Source: Pirellula staleyi DSM 6068
GTDB lineage: Bacteria; Planctomycetota; Planctomycetia; Pirellulales; Pirellulaceae
DNA length: 32,000 nt
Reading direction: 5' to 3'
Assembly (NCBI GenBank): GCA_000025185.1
Contig: CP001848.1
Span: 6,060,001-6,092,000 of the forward strand
Below the pieces are notes generated by a model, which did no database searches, had not been told where the DNA came from, and saw nothing but the letters and a program-made list of their open reading frames with translations. This document shows, one piece after another, positions 8,397 through 17,090 of the stretch. The translations under genes were made by a program, and so were the position numbers. How positions within the stretch are numbered: the stretch's first letter is position 1; each line of letters begins with the position of its first letter.

Positions 8397-9536
8397 CTAC
8401 TCGCTGACCGCAAAATTCACAAAGACTTTGAATTCCTTGGTTTCGGGATGCGTGGTTTTGAATTTAATTTGACCAAACCCGCCTCCACTCACGCGCTGCA
8501 CGGGAGTGGCATCCGCTGGCACGATGATTTCGAGCGGATAGCGAACGATTTTGGGGTTGTCGCGTGAAGGCTCCCCAAGTTTGGCCTGCAAGCTCGTCGA
8601 GGGATCCACGGAATCGATGGTCAACTGCACATCGTCGCGATAGGGTCCTTTCACGAGCACAAACACCGTGTGCTTCAGTTCCTTGCCGCGTGGTAAGACG
8701 CCCAGCGATACGAGCCCCTTCTCCTGGTTGACCTTAGGCCCCGAAAGGGACAAATCACTCACCACAGTGGCCATGATCGGTAGTTCGATCATCGGCAGGT
8801 TCTCGGCCGTAGTCTTCATTTTGATCGTTTGCGAGAGAGCGCCGAGTGGCAATCCTGAATCGAGGCTGATGCGAATCTCGAGCCCTGCCGTGGCACCATC
8901 CGACTCGGTTAATTCCTCCGCTGTAAGGGGGCGCGACTCGAGCTTGAACTTCTCCTTGGCTCGCTCCTGCGAGAATTCATGCGTCGCCAGTTCGAGCGTT
9001 TTGTTCTCGAAAGCAAGCAAACGAAAAACTCCGGAGACCGGTTCACTCCCGACGATCGTACCGAAGTTCACCTCCCGACGATCGGCCTTCAGAGGCTCGA
9101 AAATCTTCCCCTCGATCACCAGTCGAATCACCTGTCGATCAGGATCGTTGGTCCGAAGTTCGGCTGATTGCGAGAATTCTTCGTCCCCCGTTTTGGCAGT
9201 CCACTCCAGCTTCACCTTGGTCGACTCACCTGGAGCCAGGGTTCCGCTTCCAGCTTTAAACAGGGTGCATTTGCAAGTGGTGTCCCCGGTGGTGAGCGAA
9301 AGGGGTTCTGTTCCATCGTTACGCACGATGAATTCGTGCGACGACTTTCCATTGCGCTGCATCTTGCCGAAGTTGTGGTGATCGCCGTTGACGACAATCG
9401 CAATCGGTCGCCCTTGCGTCACACGCTCGGCAAGTGGAACGGGAAGATAGTCGTCTCCCAGTTCAAAACTCGTACTCAAAATGCCAAGCCCCACACCCAC
9501 GGCGAGTGCCACAAGCGATGCTAGAACTAATTTCAT
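8397..9536 (-). CDS. DUF1573 (PapD/ASPM-type Ig-like) domain protein, N-terminally membrane-anchored or secreted
   Basis: N-terminal hydrophobic segment MKLVLASLVALAVGVGLGIL. DUF1573 signature HNFGKMQRNGKSSHEFIVRNDGTEPLSLTTGDTTCKCT...LAPGESTKVKLEWTAK, followed by further beta-rich repeats. The start ATG overlaps the upstream gene's stop (ATGA at 9533-9536). Confidence 0.8.
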   Translation of the reverse strand: MKLVLASLVALAVGVGLGILSTSFELGDDYLPVPLAERVTQGRPIAIVVNGDHHNFGKMQRNGKSSHEFIVRNDGTEPLSLTTGDTTCKCTLFKAGSGTLAPGESTKVKLEWTAKTGDEEFSQSAELRTNDPDRQVIRLVIEGKIFEPLKADRREVNFGTIVGSEPVSGVFRLLAFENKTLELATHEFSQERAKEKFKLESRPLTAEELTESDGATAGLEIRISLDSGLPLGALSQTIKMKTTAENLPMIELPIMATVVSDLSLSGPKVNQEKGLVSLGVLPRGKELKHTVFVLVKGPYRDDVQLTIDSVDPSTSLQAKLGEPSRDNPKIVRYPLEIIVPADATPVQRVSGGGFGQIKFKTTHPETKEFKVFVNFAVSE

Positions 9537-11929
9537 GGGTTGACTCCTCCTGACGGTGGTGCCGAAGCACCGACGATTTTTTGCATCAACTCGAGCGCCG
9601 ACTGCTCAAACTCTTCCGTCGAAAATACCACGCGAGGAAGTGGCGTATCAAATAGTCGGAGCGAAGCGAGTTTCTGTTCGGTGTGATTATGCATGGTATC
9701 GAGCTGAAGAGCCTGGTCGGCCATTTCAGTCGCACGGGCGCTGTCGTTTTGCAGCCGCGCAATCCAAGCGGCCTGAGCATGCATGCGAGAACTTGCGGGG
9801 TAGTGCGTGATCCCGTCAGCAAGTGATTTACGAGCCCGCTCGAGATAGCGTTTGTCGCGCGTAGTGTCGTACAAACGAATCGCCGTTTCCGCCAGTAGCT
9901 GATACGCAATCGCATCGCCGGGGTTCGTTTTTACAAGCAATTGGCTGTAATCATCGTAGGAATCAAGCGCCCGCACTCGAACTTCCTCGGGCAACTCCAC
10001 TTGCGACGCAATTTGAGTCCACATCTGCACGAGCGATCGATAGTGCGACGAGGACCAAGGATCGGCGGCGGCGGCAGCTTGGTACTCGCTGGAGGCCCGC
10101 TCGACCTGTCCGAGGCGGTAGCTCGCTTCGGCATCGAGTTCGAGCGTGCGAGCTGTCAGGACCGGCTTATAGAGAGTGAAATAGCAGGCCACAACCAGGG
10201 CCAAGCCGATGGCACAAATGCCAGCCGCTTTCCCTTGCGAAACATCCCCGCTGGAGAGTGCCACTGGCTGCTGCGTCATGGCGACGGCCAGCAAAACGAC
10301 TCCCGGTAACAGAACGCCCGGAAAGGTAGTGGCACCAGCCGCCAGTAGATTGATGCCGAGGGCCAAGAGGGCCGTGATGATCGTGGCGCTGGAAAGTTCG
10401 CCATCCACCGTCCATTTCCCAAAGGCGACGAAGGTCAGCAGCAATGCAGGGAGTCCAACGATCCAGACTTCGGGAAGCCCTGTGAGGGGATCGAACGAAA
10501 GCGGATAGCCGGCAATCAGTGCTAGAGGCAATGCTGCCACAAGCGAGGTCAAAGCCCCCCCTACGATCCAGCGAGCCGTGGATGTTTCGGAACTGCTCGC
10601 TGTCGAAGCGACTGATGTCGAAGCGTTAGCAGCTGTCGGCTCCACACGCGTACAGAGCACTTTTTGAAGCGACAAAGCGATGAACAGGACCGAAAGTAAC
10701 ATCGCCGGAAGTCCGGCTGTGGAGGCGAGTTCGAAGAGCCAGTTGTGAGGATCGGCGATCATTTCACTCGCCTGCGGCAGCTTGTACGCCGCATACGTCT
10801 GCTGGAAGTTTCCAGGCCCACAACCGACAAGTGGCGAGTCGGCGATCATACGCGAAGTTGCCTGCCAGTACTCCAGGCGAAAGGCAATCGACTTGGGAGC
10901 TTCGCTGAGCACTTTGGCATCGAGTCCACCAAGCCAGAGCATCGCCACGCTGAGGAGCACAAGGGTCGCAGCAGCGCCACCCATCAGGTACCAATTACGG
11001 CGTGAAGGCGCAGCTGTGGTCGTGGGCGTTTCGCTCGGAAACTTTGCCGAAGTGCAACGCCCCGCAATCCAGTGCACGAGAAAATAGAGAGGGAGGCTAG
11101 CGGCTAACGCTAAGTAGGCTGTGCGACTTTTGGTAAGGAGCAAGCAGGCTGCGATGGTGATGACCACCAGGGCGGTAAGCACCATCGCAAGTGGCGACGA
11201 TCGCCGAACTTGCTGAGCAGCAATCGCCGCAGCGATCACCAGCATCGGCAAGAGGAGCCCCGCCAGCGAGTTGGTGAGAGCAAAGCTCCCCAGCGGTTCG
11301 ACGCTATAGACTCGGTTTTCAAAGAGCTTTCGCTGCGGCGAATTCTTATCGGTGCTGATGCCACTATCGACAAGCACTTGCTCGGGGTTCTTCTCATACA
11401 TCGCGCGCTCGCGCGGCATGCTCACTAAGAACTGCCACTCTCCGAGCCCACTCTGAAGCACAGCGCTCGCCATTAAGACACCCACCAGCATTCGCCCTGC
11501 TCGAGGAGTCGCGAACCATTGCCGCACGAGAAAATACGCGGCTGCATAACTGAAGTAGATCCAAAGCGCGTTCAGCGATTGCCGAGCGTCGCCCGCCAAA
11601 CCTGCAGCGACTGTGCTTAGGGTGAGCCAGCCCAGGAGTGCCACGCCAACAAGTTCGATGCGGCTGACGCGAATCACTTGTCGCGGGTCGACCAGCAGCG
11701 AGACGCCAAACAGAATCACCAGCACCAGCCAAAACATCGCCAGCGGCGCATAGCTTCCAAACGGCATGGCCGCTTCGCTGGGGACGAGCGGCGTTAAGCA
11801 GATCGACAGCACCACCATAGCGCGCAGCAGATCGGTCAGCTGCGGCTTGGCCCACGAACTGCTCGCTGGCGCTGCGGCTGGTTGCACAGGCTCGCTGGTT
11901 ATTTTTCGAGGCGAATTTCGCGATTTCAT
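9533..11929 (-). CDS. O-antigen-ligase-family (Wzy_C) polytopic membrane protein with C-terminal TPR domain
   Basis: Many TM helices. Wzy_C-type motifs are LLTKSRTAYLALAASL, GCGPGNFQQTY and DPHNWLFELASTAGLP. The C-terminal ~200 aa are TPR-like (EASYRLGQVERASSEYQAAAAADP..., ARKSLADGITHYPASSRMHAQAAWI...). Confidence 0.85.
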   Translation of the reverse strand: MKSRNSPRKITSEPVQPAAAPASSSWAKPQLTDLLRAMVVLSICLTPLVPSEAAMPFGSYAPLAMFWLVLVILFGVSLLVDPRQVIRVSRIELVGVALLGWLTLSTVAAGLAGDARQSLNALWIYFSYAAAYFLVRQWFATPRAGRMLVGVLMASAVLQSGLGEWQFLVSMPRERAMYEKNPEQVLVDSGISTDKNSPQRKLFENRVYSVEPLGSFALTNSLAGLLLPMLVIAAAIAAQQVRRSSPLAMVLTALVVITIAACLLLTKSRTAYLALAASLPLYFLVHWIAGRCTSAKFPSETPTTTAAPSRRNWYLMGGAAATLVLLSVAMLWLGGLDAKVLSEAPKSIAFRLEYWQATSRMIADSPLVGCGPGNFQQTYAAYKLPQASEMIADPHNWLFELASTAGLPAMLLSVLFIALSLQKVLCTRVEPTAANASTSVASTASSSETSTARWIVGGALTSLVAALPLALIAGYPLSFDPLTGLPEVWIVGLPALLLTFVAFGKWTVDGELSSATIITALLALGINLLAAGATTFPGVLLPGVVLLAVAMTQQPVALSSGDVSQGKAAGICAIGLALVVACYFTLYKPVLTARTLELDAEASYRLGQVERASSEYQAAAAADPWSSSHYRSLVQMWTQIASQVELPEEVRVRALDSYDDYSQLLVKTNPGDAIAYQLLAETAIRLYDTTRDKRYLERARKSLADGITHYPASSRMHAQAAWIARLQNDSARATEMADQALQLDTMHNHTEQKLASLRLFDTPLPRVVFSTEEFEQSALELMQKIVGASAPPSGGVNP

Positions 11930-11933
11930 CCGA

Positions 11934-13127
11934 TTAATCCTGAGCGATCGTGCGTCGCGCTACCCACTCGAGAAGTCCCACCAGCACCAGCAGCGATGCT
12001 TCGAGAAGAAGGACGATTGCAGCCCCCACTTCATCCACGCGCGGCAACAGCAGTGCGCCGAGACCACACGTGAACGATACCAGATAGACCATCAAAACCG
12101 CTTGAGGTTTGGTGAAACCGAGTTCGACCAACCGATGCGAAAAGTGATTCTTGTCGGGATGAAACGGCGAGAGTCCACGACGCAAGCGAATCAGAATAAC
12201 GGTCGACATGTCGTAGAGCGGGACGGCCATCACACACAGTGGCGCAAAAATCGCGTGAGCTTTTTCACCTTTGTAACCCGCGTAACTGGCGAGCAATGTT
12301 GCCGCTGCAATCACGAAGCCGAGGAAGTAGCTCCCGGCATCTCCCATAAAGATTTTGGCGGGAGGCCGGTTGTGCAAAAGAAAACCAATCAGCGCGCCGG
12401 CGAGTACCAGCAGCAGTCCCGAGACAAACAGCTGCGGACCTTGTGATCCCACATCGGGTGCAAAGAGGAGCACTGCTGCGAGCATCAGCGAGGCAATCGT
12501 TCCGACACCTGCCGACAGACCATCCATGTTGTCGAGCATGTTAAAAGAGTTCACGAGCGCCACGATCCAGAGAACACTCAGCGCGATGGTGAGCGGTGGA
12601 AGCTCGAGAAAAGCGGTGATTCGAAGTTCGGGGACCAAGGTCACCACCGTGACGGCGACGACAAACTGAATAGCAAGGCGAAGTTGCCAGGCGAGTCCGC
12701 GTAAGTCGTCCGCCAGCCCGAGAGCTGCGAGGATCGTGGCGGCTGTCAGCAGCAGCCACAAATCCTTGATCTGCGAGGAAATCCCCGCGAGATGTGCCTT
12801 GGCAAAATCGGGCACAAACGTTGGTGGCGATTGAGGGTCGATCGCCAGCAGCACAAGGGTCCCTAGCAGGAACACGCCTATCACACCGGCCCACACGGCA
12901 ACGCCACCTCCCATCGGTGTGGGAGTCGTGTGCACTTTGCGATGATTGGGTTTATCGATGAGCCCCATGCGCGGCGCGAGGGATCGCATCAAATAGGTTG
13001 CCAACCACGCCACGACGAGACTGGGCACAATCGAAGCGACAATGAACATTCCGAGCGACGACAAATCTTGCATCGATGGCCCGGTTGGTTTCGAAAAGAG
13101 GTCGAGGGACAGAATCGCTAGAGACAA
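11934..13127 (-). CDS. Polyprenyl-phosphate sugar-1-phosphate transferase, MraY/WecA family (glycosyltransferase family 4)
   Basis: Motifs: IDKPNHRKVHTTPTPMGGGVAVW, NSFNMLDNMDGLSAG, IFMGDAGSYFLGF and HPDKNHFSHRL. About 10 TM helices. An alternative start is at M19 (13073). Confidence 0.9.
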   Translation of the reverse strand: MSLAILSLDLFSKPTGPSMQDLSSLGMFIVASIVPSLVVAWLATYLMRSLAPRMGLIDKPNHRKVHTTPTPMGGGVAVWAGVIGVFLLGTLVLLAIDPQSPPTFVPDFAKAHLAGISSQIKDLWLLLTAATILAALGLADDLRGLAWQLRLAIQFVVAVTVVTLVPELRITAFLELPPLTIALSVLWIVALVNSFNMLDNMDGLSAGVGTIASLMLAAVLLFAPDVGSQGPQLFVSGLLLVLAGALIGFLLHNRPPAKIFMGDAGSYFLGFVIAAATLLASYAGYKGEKAHAIFAPLCVMAVPLYDMSTVILIRLRRGLSPFHPDKNHFSHRLVELGFTKPQAVLMVYLVSFTCGLGALLLPRVDEVGAAIVLLLEASLLVLVGLLEWVARRTIAQD

Positions 13128-13679
13128 CTAGTCGGGCGATCGCTGGCGAATCTTCTGCGAGCGCAAGTAGTCACGACATTGGCTGAAGAATTCATGATAA
13201 TCAGCCCGCTGATAATCGGGGTAGGTCCAAGGCCGCGGCTGCCATTTTCCTGCCTGAAAATGGAGCGTCACCTCGGCGAAAATCCCCTGCGATAAGTAAA
13301 TCCGGTGGTCGCGATCCTTTGTGGTCGCCAAAACCAGCTTGGCTTCGGTGATATAGCCCGGGTCGATATTCACGGGCCGCGCGACGCCACTTGCGAGCAG
13401 CTTGGCCCCCTCCTCTTCCCACGTATTGGAAGCGATTTTACAGCTGGGAAGGGTCGCGGGATCAATCAGCCGCTCCATCGCGACAAAACACTTCTTGAGC
13501 CCTGGGCCCATCGTTTTTTCGTAGAAGCGAGTCTCTTCGTGGTCGTAGAGAGGACTCGCCAGCGCAATTGCGCCCCACTCCGAAGTGAGGCGCGCTTTGG
13601 CCCAATCGATCGCCCCTAGATCGCGGCTAAAAATCGCCGCGACGAGCAGAGCGTCGGCTGTTGGCAGAACGTTTCCCAT
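13128..13679 (-). CDS. DUF4416 family protein
   Basis: The pattern ...FYEKTMGPGLKK.F...RPVNIDPGYITEAKLVLATTKDRDHRIYLSQGIFAEVTLHF..GKW...WTYPDY matches my recollection of the DUF4416 family. Its stop abuts the next gene's start (13127/13128) and its start is 3 nt after the proS stop. Confidence 0.65.
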   Translation of the reverse strand: MGNVLPTADALLVAAIFSRDLGAIDWAKARLTSEWGAIALASPLYDHEETRFYEKTMGPGLKKCFVAMERLIDPATLPSCKIASNTWEEEGAKLLASGVARPVNIDPGYITEAKLVLATTKDRDHRIYLSQGIFAEVTLHFQAGKWQPRPWTYPDYQRADYHEFFSQCRDYLRSQKIRQRSPD

Positions 13680-13682
13680 CGC

Positions 13683-15194
13683 TTAGTACGACTTCGCCAC
13701 GACGACACGTTTGGTCACTGGCTTGCCGGTAACGATGCAAGTTCCTTCGTCGACAGCACCAGCGAGTGGAATGCAGCGGACCGTAAGGCGATGCTTTTTG
13801 AGTAGCTCATCGACAGCAGGCTCATCGACCAAGTGACACATCGCAAAGCCGCCGTGGATCTCGGCTTTGTCTTCCGCCGTGTTTTTGGGAGTGAACCAGG
13901 CAATCAGATCGTCGAGCGAATCGACATTGCGCGTGTGCTCTTCGCGATAGGCTAGAGCGCGATCAAACAGGTTCTTTTGAATCGCGTCGAGGCGATCGGC
14001 AATCGTTGCCACGAGATCTTCGCGACCAACGCCGACCTTCTCCCCCGTATCGCGACGGGCGAGGAACACGCCGTTTTTGGCGATATCCTTGGGTCCGATT
14101 TCAGCACGCAGCGGAACACCTTTTTTCACGTGCTGCCAGTTCTTCTCGCCACCACGCAGGTCACGATCGTCGATCATCACGCGAATCGATTCGCCGGAAT
14201 ACTTTTGCGATTCAAGTTCCACCTTGAGGCTTTTCACATAAGCCAGTACCGCAGTTCGCTCTTCGTCGTTGCGATAGATTGGCAGCAGCACGATGTGTTT
14301 GGGGGCGAGCTTCGGTGGAATGATGAGTCCATCGTCGTCGCTATGGGTCATGATCAGCGCGCCGATCAGACGTGTCGAAACGCCCCAGGAAGTAGTCCAA
14401 GCAAAGCATTCTTTGCCATGCTGATCCTGGAACTTGATCTCTTGCGCTTTGGCAAAATTCTGACCGAGAAAGTGCGACGTTCCGGCCTGCAGTGCCTTGC
14501 GATCTTGCATCATTGCTTCGATCGATAGGGTTTGCACCGCGCCGGGGAAACGCTCGCCTGCGGTCTTTTCGCCCTTGATGACGGGCATCGCCATGAAGTT
14601 CTCGGCGAAGTCGGCGTAGACCTCGAGCATCTTGGACGTTTCTTCGCGTGCTTCTTCTTCGGTGGCGTGCGCGGTGTGCCCTTCTTGCCACAAGAACTCC
14701 GTCGTGCGGAGGAACAAGCGCGTACGTAGTTCCCAGCGGACAACGTTGGCCCATTGGTTGATCAGGATTGGCAGATCGCGATACGACTGCACCCATTTGG
14801 CATACATCGAACCGATGATCGTTTCACTGGTGGGGCGGACGATCAGAGGCTCTTCGAGCGGACCAGCGGGAACCAGTTTGCCATCTTTGCCCGGCTCGAG
14901 ACGATGGTGCGTGACGACAGCGCACTCTTTCGCGAAACCATCGACGTGCTCAGCCTCTTTCTCGAGGAAGCTCATCGGGATAAAGAGCGGGAAGTAAGCG
15001 TTTTCGTGACCAGTGGCCTTAAACATCCCATCGAGCACTTTTTGAACGTTTTCCCAGATCGACCAGCCCCAAGGCTTGATCACCATACAGCCGCGTACTG
15101 GCGAGACTTCGGCCAGATCGGCTGCCCGGATCACTTGCTGATACCACTCGGGATAATCTTCTTCTCGCGTGGGGCTGATTGCTGTCTTGGCCAT
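13683..15194 (-). CDS. proS: Proline--tRNA ligase (archaeal/eukaryote-like type, C-terminal ...AKSY)
   Basis: DYPEWYQQVIRAADLAEVSPVRGCMVIKPWGWSIWENV.., class II motifs (FRTTEFLWQEGHTAH, SWGVSTRLIGALIMTHSDDDGL), an anticodon-binding domain and a C-terminal Zn-like domain ending in Tyr. 503 aa. Confidence 0.97.
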   Translation of the reverse strand: MAKTAISPTREEDYPEWYQQVIRAADLAEVSPVRGCMVIKPWGWSIWENVQKVLDGMFKATGHENAYFPLFIPMSFLEKEAEHVDGFAKECAVVTHHRLEPGKDGKLVPAGPLEEPLIVRPTSETIIGSMYAKWVQSYRDLPILINQWANVVRWELRTRLFLRTTEFLWQEGHTAHATEEEAREETSKMLEVYADFAENFMAMPVIKGEKTAGERFPGAVQTLSIEAMMQDRKALQAGTSHFLGQNFAKAQEIKFQDQHGKECFAWTTSWGVSTRLIGALIMTHSDDDGLIIPPKLAPKHIVLLPIYRNDEERTAVLAYVKSLKVELESQKYSGESIRVMIDDRDLRGGEKNWQHVKKGVPLRAEIGPKDIAKNGVFLARRDTGEKVGVGREDLVATIADRLDAIQKNLFDRALAYREEHTRNVDSLDDLIAWFTPKNTAEDKAEIHGGFAMCHLVDEPAVDELLKKHRLTVRCIPLAGAVDEGTCIVTGKPVTKRVVVAKSY

Positions 15195-15561
15195 GACCTG
15201 AGTCGCTTCTTCCTGAACTGGTTGCTACATCGAGACTTACCGCACAAAGCCGCGGGCACCTGTCTGCCGCCTGGCAAGCCCGCATTGTAGGTCGCCAGCC
15301 AAATTCATGACAAGGCAGCGTGCCGCGGGAAGTTCAGCGCGGGACTGGCTGTTGGCAACTGGCGAACCGATCTCACTCAAGATGACCGCGCGAAGAAATT
15401 CAGTGACCGTTTCGGTTCCCGTCCACCGATGCGGCCTCTTCACAAGACTGCTGTCCAATCATGTTGATTGTGTGAAGATTGCGGTTTGACGAGTAGGGGC
15501 GGCGTGGTTTACATTTGTAATTCTCATCTTTTTTTCTTTTCTCTTGACTGGAGCACCTCTC

Positions 15562-16503
15562 ATGTTTTCATCGTCTATGCGCCGAGGTCGATCGGCGTTT
15601 ACGCTGGTCGAACTCCTAGTAGTCATCGCAATCATCGGCGTCCTTGTAGCCCTACTCTTGCCAGCCGTCCAAGCTGCCCGTGAAGCCGCTCGCCGGATGC
15701 AGTGCGTTAACAACCTCAAGCAAATCGTGTTGGCTTCGCACAACCATCACGACACGTTTGGCTTTTTTCCCGCTGGGCGCTTTGGCTGCGACGGTTCCGG
15801 CACCCCCTGCAACGGGATGTCGGCAACGAGCGTCAACCGTGGTGGGGCCAGTGGATTCGTTTATCTGCTCCCCTATCTCGAGCAAGACAATATCTACAAG
15901 TCGCTCGGTACGGCTGAAGCAAACGTACCTTGGCCGACCACCGACAACGCAACTTGGCGAACCTTCAACAAGGTCGGCCTGGAGTCGCGGCAGAATGCTT
16001 TCTCTTGCCCGTCGAATACGGCCCAGCCATTTTTGGCGAACACCGGATCGGGTGTTACGCTCAACGCGAGTGTTGGCAGTTACGCTCTGGTCAGTGGCTC
16101 CAACGGGCCGAGCCAAGGGATTGGCAACTCCGTGAAGTTCGACAACAACGGTCTCTTCGTCTACTTCAACAAAAGGACGATGGGGGATATCACCGATGGC
16201 ACCAGCAACACACTGGCTGTTGGGGAAGTTCGTGACGGCCACTTGGGAAACAACCCTAACATTTGGAGTGTCGCCGGTCGCCATTCGCACAGCTTGCGAA
16301 CGACAGAAAACCCCATCAACACGCCACCAGGGACCGGAATTCTGTACACGACCCTCAACGGTGCGTTCCTGAGCCGACACCCCAATGGAGCCAACTTCGG
16401 TCTGGCCGACGGTAGCGTTCGCTTCATCCAGCAGAACATTAACATCACGGCGTACCGGAATCTCTCAACCATCCGAGGTGGTGAACCCACCTCCCTCGAG
16501 TAA
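15562..16503 (+). CDS. DUF1559 protein (type IV pilin-like N-terminal cleavage/methylation motif + C-terminal H-X9-DG motif)
   Basis: [48 protein letters not shown], and a C-terminal HPNGANFGLADGSVRFI (exact H-X9-DG). I prefer ATG 15562, with GGAG 8-11 nt upstream, over the TTG at 15544 used by the ORF track. Confidence 0.9.
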   Translation: MFSSSMRRGRSAFTLVELLVVIAIIGVLVALLLPAVQAAREAARRMQCVNNLKQIVLASHNHHDTFGFFPAGRFGCDGSGTPCNGMSATSVNRGGASGFVYLLPYLEQDNIYKSLGTAEANVPWPTTDNATWRTFNKVGLESRQNAFSCPSNTAQPFLANTGSGVTLNASVGSYALVSGSNGPSQGIGNSVKFDNNGLFVYFNKRTMGDITDGTSNTLAVGEVRDGHLGNNPNIWSVAGRHSHSLRTTENPINTPPGTGILYTTLNGAFLSRHPNGANFGLADGSVRFIQQNINITAYRNLSTIRGGEPTSLE

Positions 16504-16520
16504 GAGAGGAAGGCTGCACG

Positions 16521-17021
16521 ATGACTATCACAGTTACACACAGCTACCGCGCTTTGCTGGGCGCGGCCTTGGCGGTCGGCATCCTCAGTCTCGCAGGCTG
16601 CGGAGATGGGGGGCCGAATATGGTCCCCGTCTCGGGCGTCGTCCTCCTCGATGGCCAGCCGCTGGACTATGGTCACATTCAAGTGATCCCTGCCGACTGG
16701 CGGCCTGCCTCCGGCCAGATAGGAAAGGATGGTCGTTTTACACTAACGACCACCGAGCCTAACGATGGCTGCGCTGTCGGTACGCATAAGGTCGCAATCC
16801 TGGCGGGCGAATCGATCACCGCAGAGACCACTAGGTGGCACGCTCCGGCAAAATATGCTGATATCCAGACGTCGAATCTGACGGTGAACATCACCGGCCC
16901 AACCGACGATCTGAAGATTGAGCTGCAATCCGACGGAACCCAGCTGTATCGGGGTCCGAAACTCGAGAGCCAAATCCCTGAAGGCGGAACCGAGAATTCG
17001 GGTTTCCAGTTCAGCGAGTAA
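16521..17021 (+). CDS. Small lipoprotein with carboxypeptidase-regulatory-like (transthyretin-fold) domain, the usual downstream partner of DUF1559 genes
   Basis: Lipobox LSLAGC. VSGVVLLDGQPLDYGHIQVIP...GQIGKDGRFTLTT...DGCAVGTHKVAI. GAGAGGAAGG Shine-Dalgarno sequence 7 nt upstream. It starts 17 nt after the DUF1559 stop. Confidence 0.72.
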   Translation: MTITVTHSYRALLGAALAVGILSLAGCGDGGPNMVPVSGVVLLDGQPLDYGHIQVIPADWRPASGQIGKDGRFTLTTTEPNDGCAVGTHKVAILAGESITAETTRWHAPAKYADIQTSNLTVNITGPTDDLKIELQSDGTQLYRGPKLESQIPEGGTENSGFQFSE

Positions 17022-17044
17022 CCCAGTCAGCCAAGAATTCCCCG

Positions 17045-17069
17045 AGGTCGGCTACGCTATAGCCGACCT
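17045..17069. terminator. Perfect 10-bp stem / 5-nt loop hairpin between convergent genes (candidate bidirectional terminator)
   Basis: aggtcggcta-cgcta-tagccgacct, read directly. It lies in the 69-bp gap between the + lipoprotein gene (end 17021) and the - methyltransferase gene (end 17091). It is followed by TTCTC on the + strand, so the U-tract is weak. Confidence 0.45.
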
Positions 17070-17090
17070 TCTCACCAGCCCTCTGTAACC

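Noticed and set aside
7418-9381. Antisense ORFs 7418-8371 (317 aa) and 8668-9381 (237 aa) opposite the cytochrome and DUF1573 genes
   Set aside because: The sequences are low-complexity and Arg/Ser-rich. The opposite-strand genes have clear signal peptides and family motifs.
15195-15561. T-box or other leader upstream of proS, and a promoter for the first DUF1559 gene
   Set aside because: No specifier or T-box sequence was recognisable on the minus strand. The -35/-10-like hexamers (TTGACG, TGTAAT) are 24 nt apart, which is not a credible promoter. Only a polypyrimidine run precedes the DUF1559 start.
15459-15743. Similar antisense ORFs at 15459-15743 and 29662-29916 (both contain ..[10 protein letters not shown]..) that could be mistaken for a repeated small gene
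   Set aside because: They are the reverse-frame image of the conserved [14 protein letters not shown] pilin-like N-terminus shared by the two DUF1559 genes.
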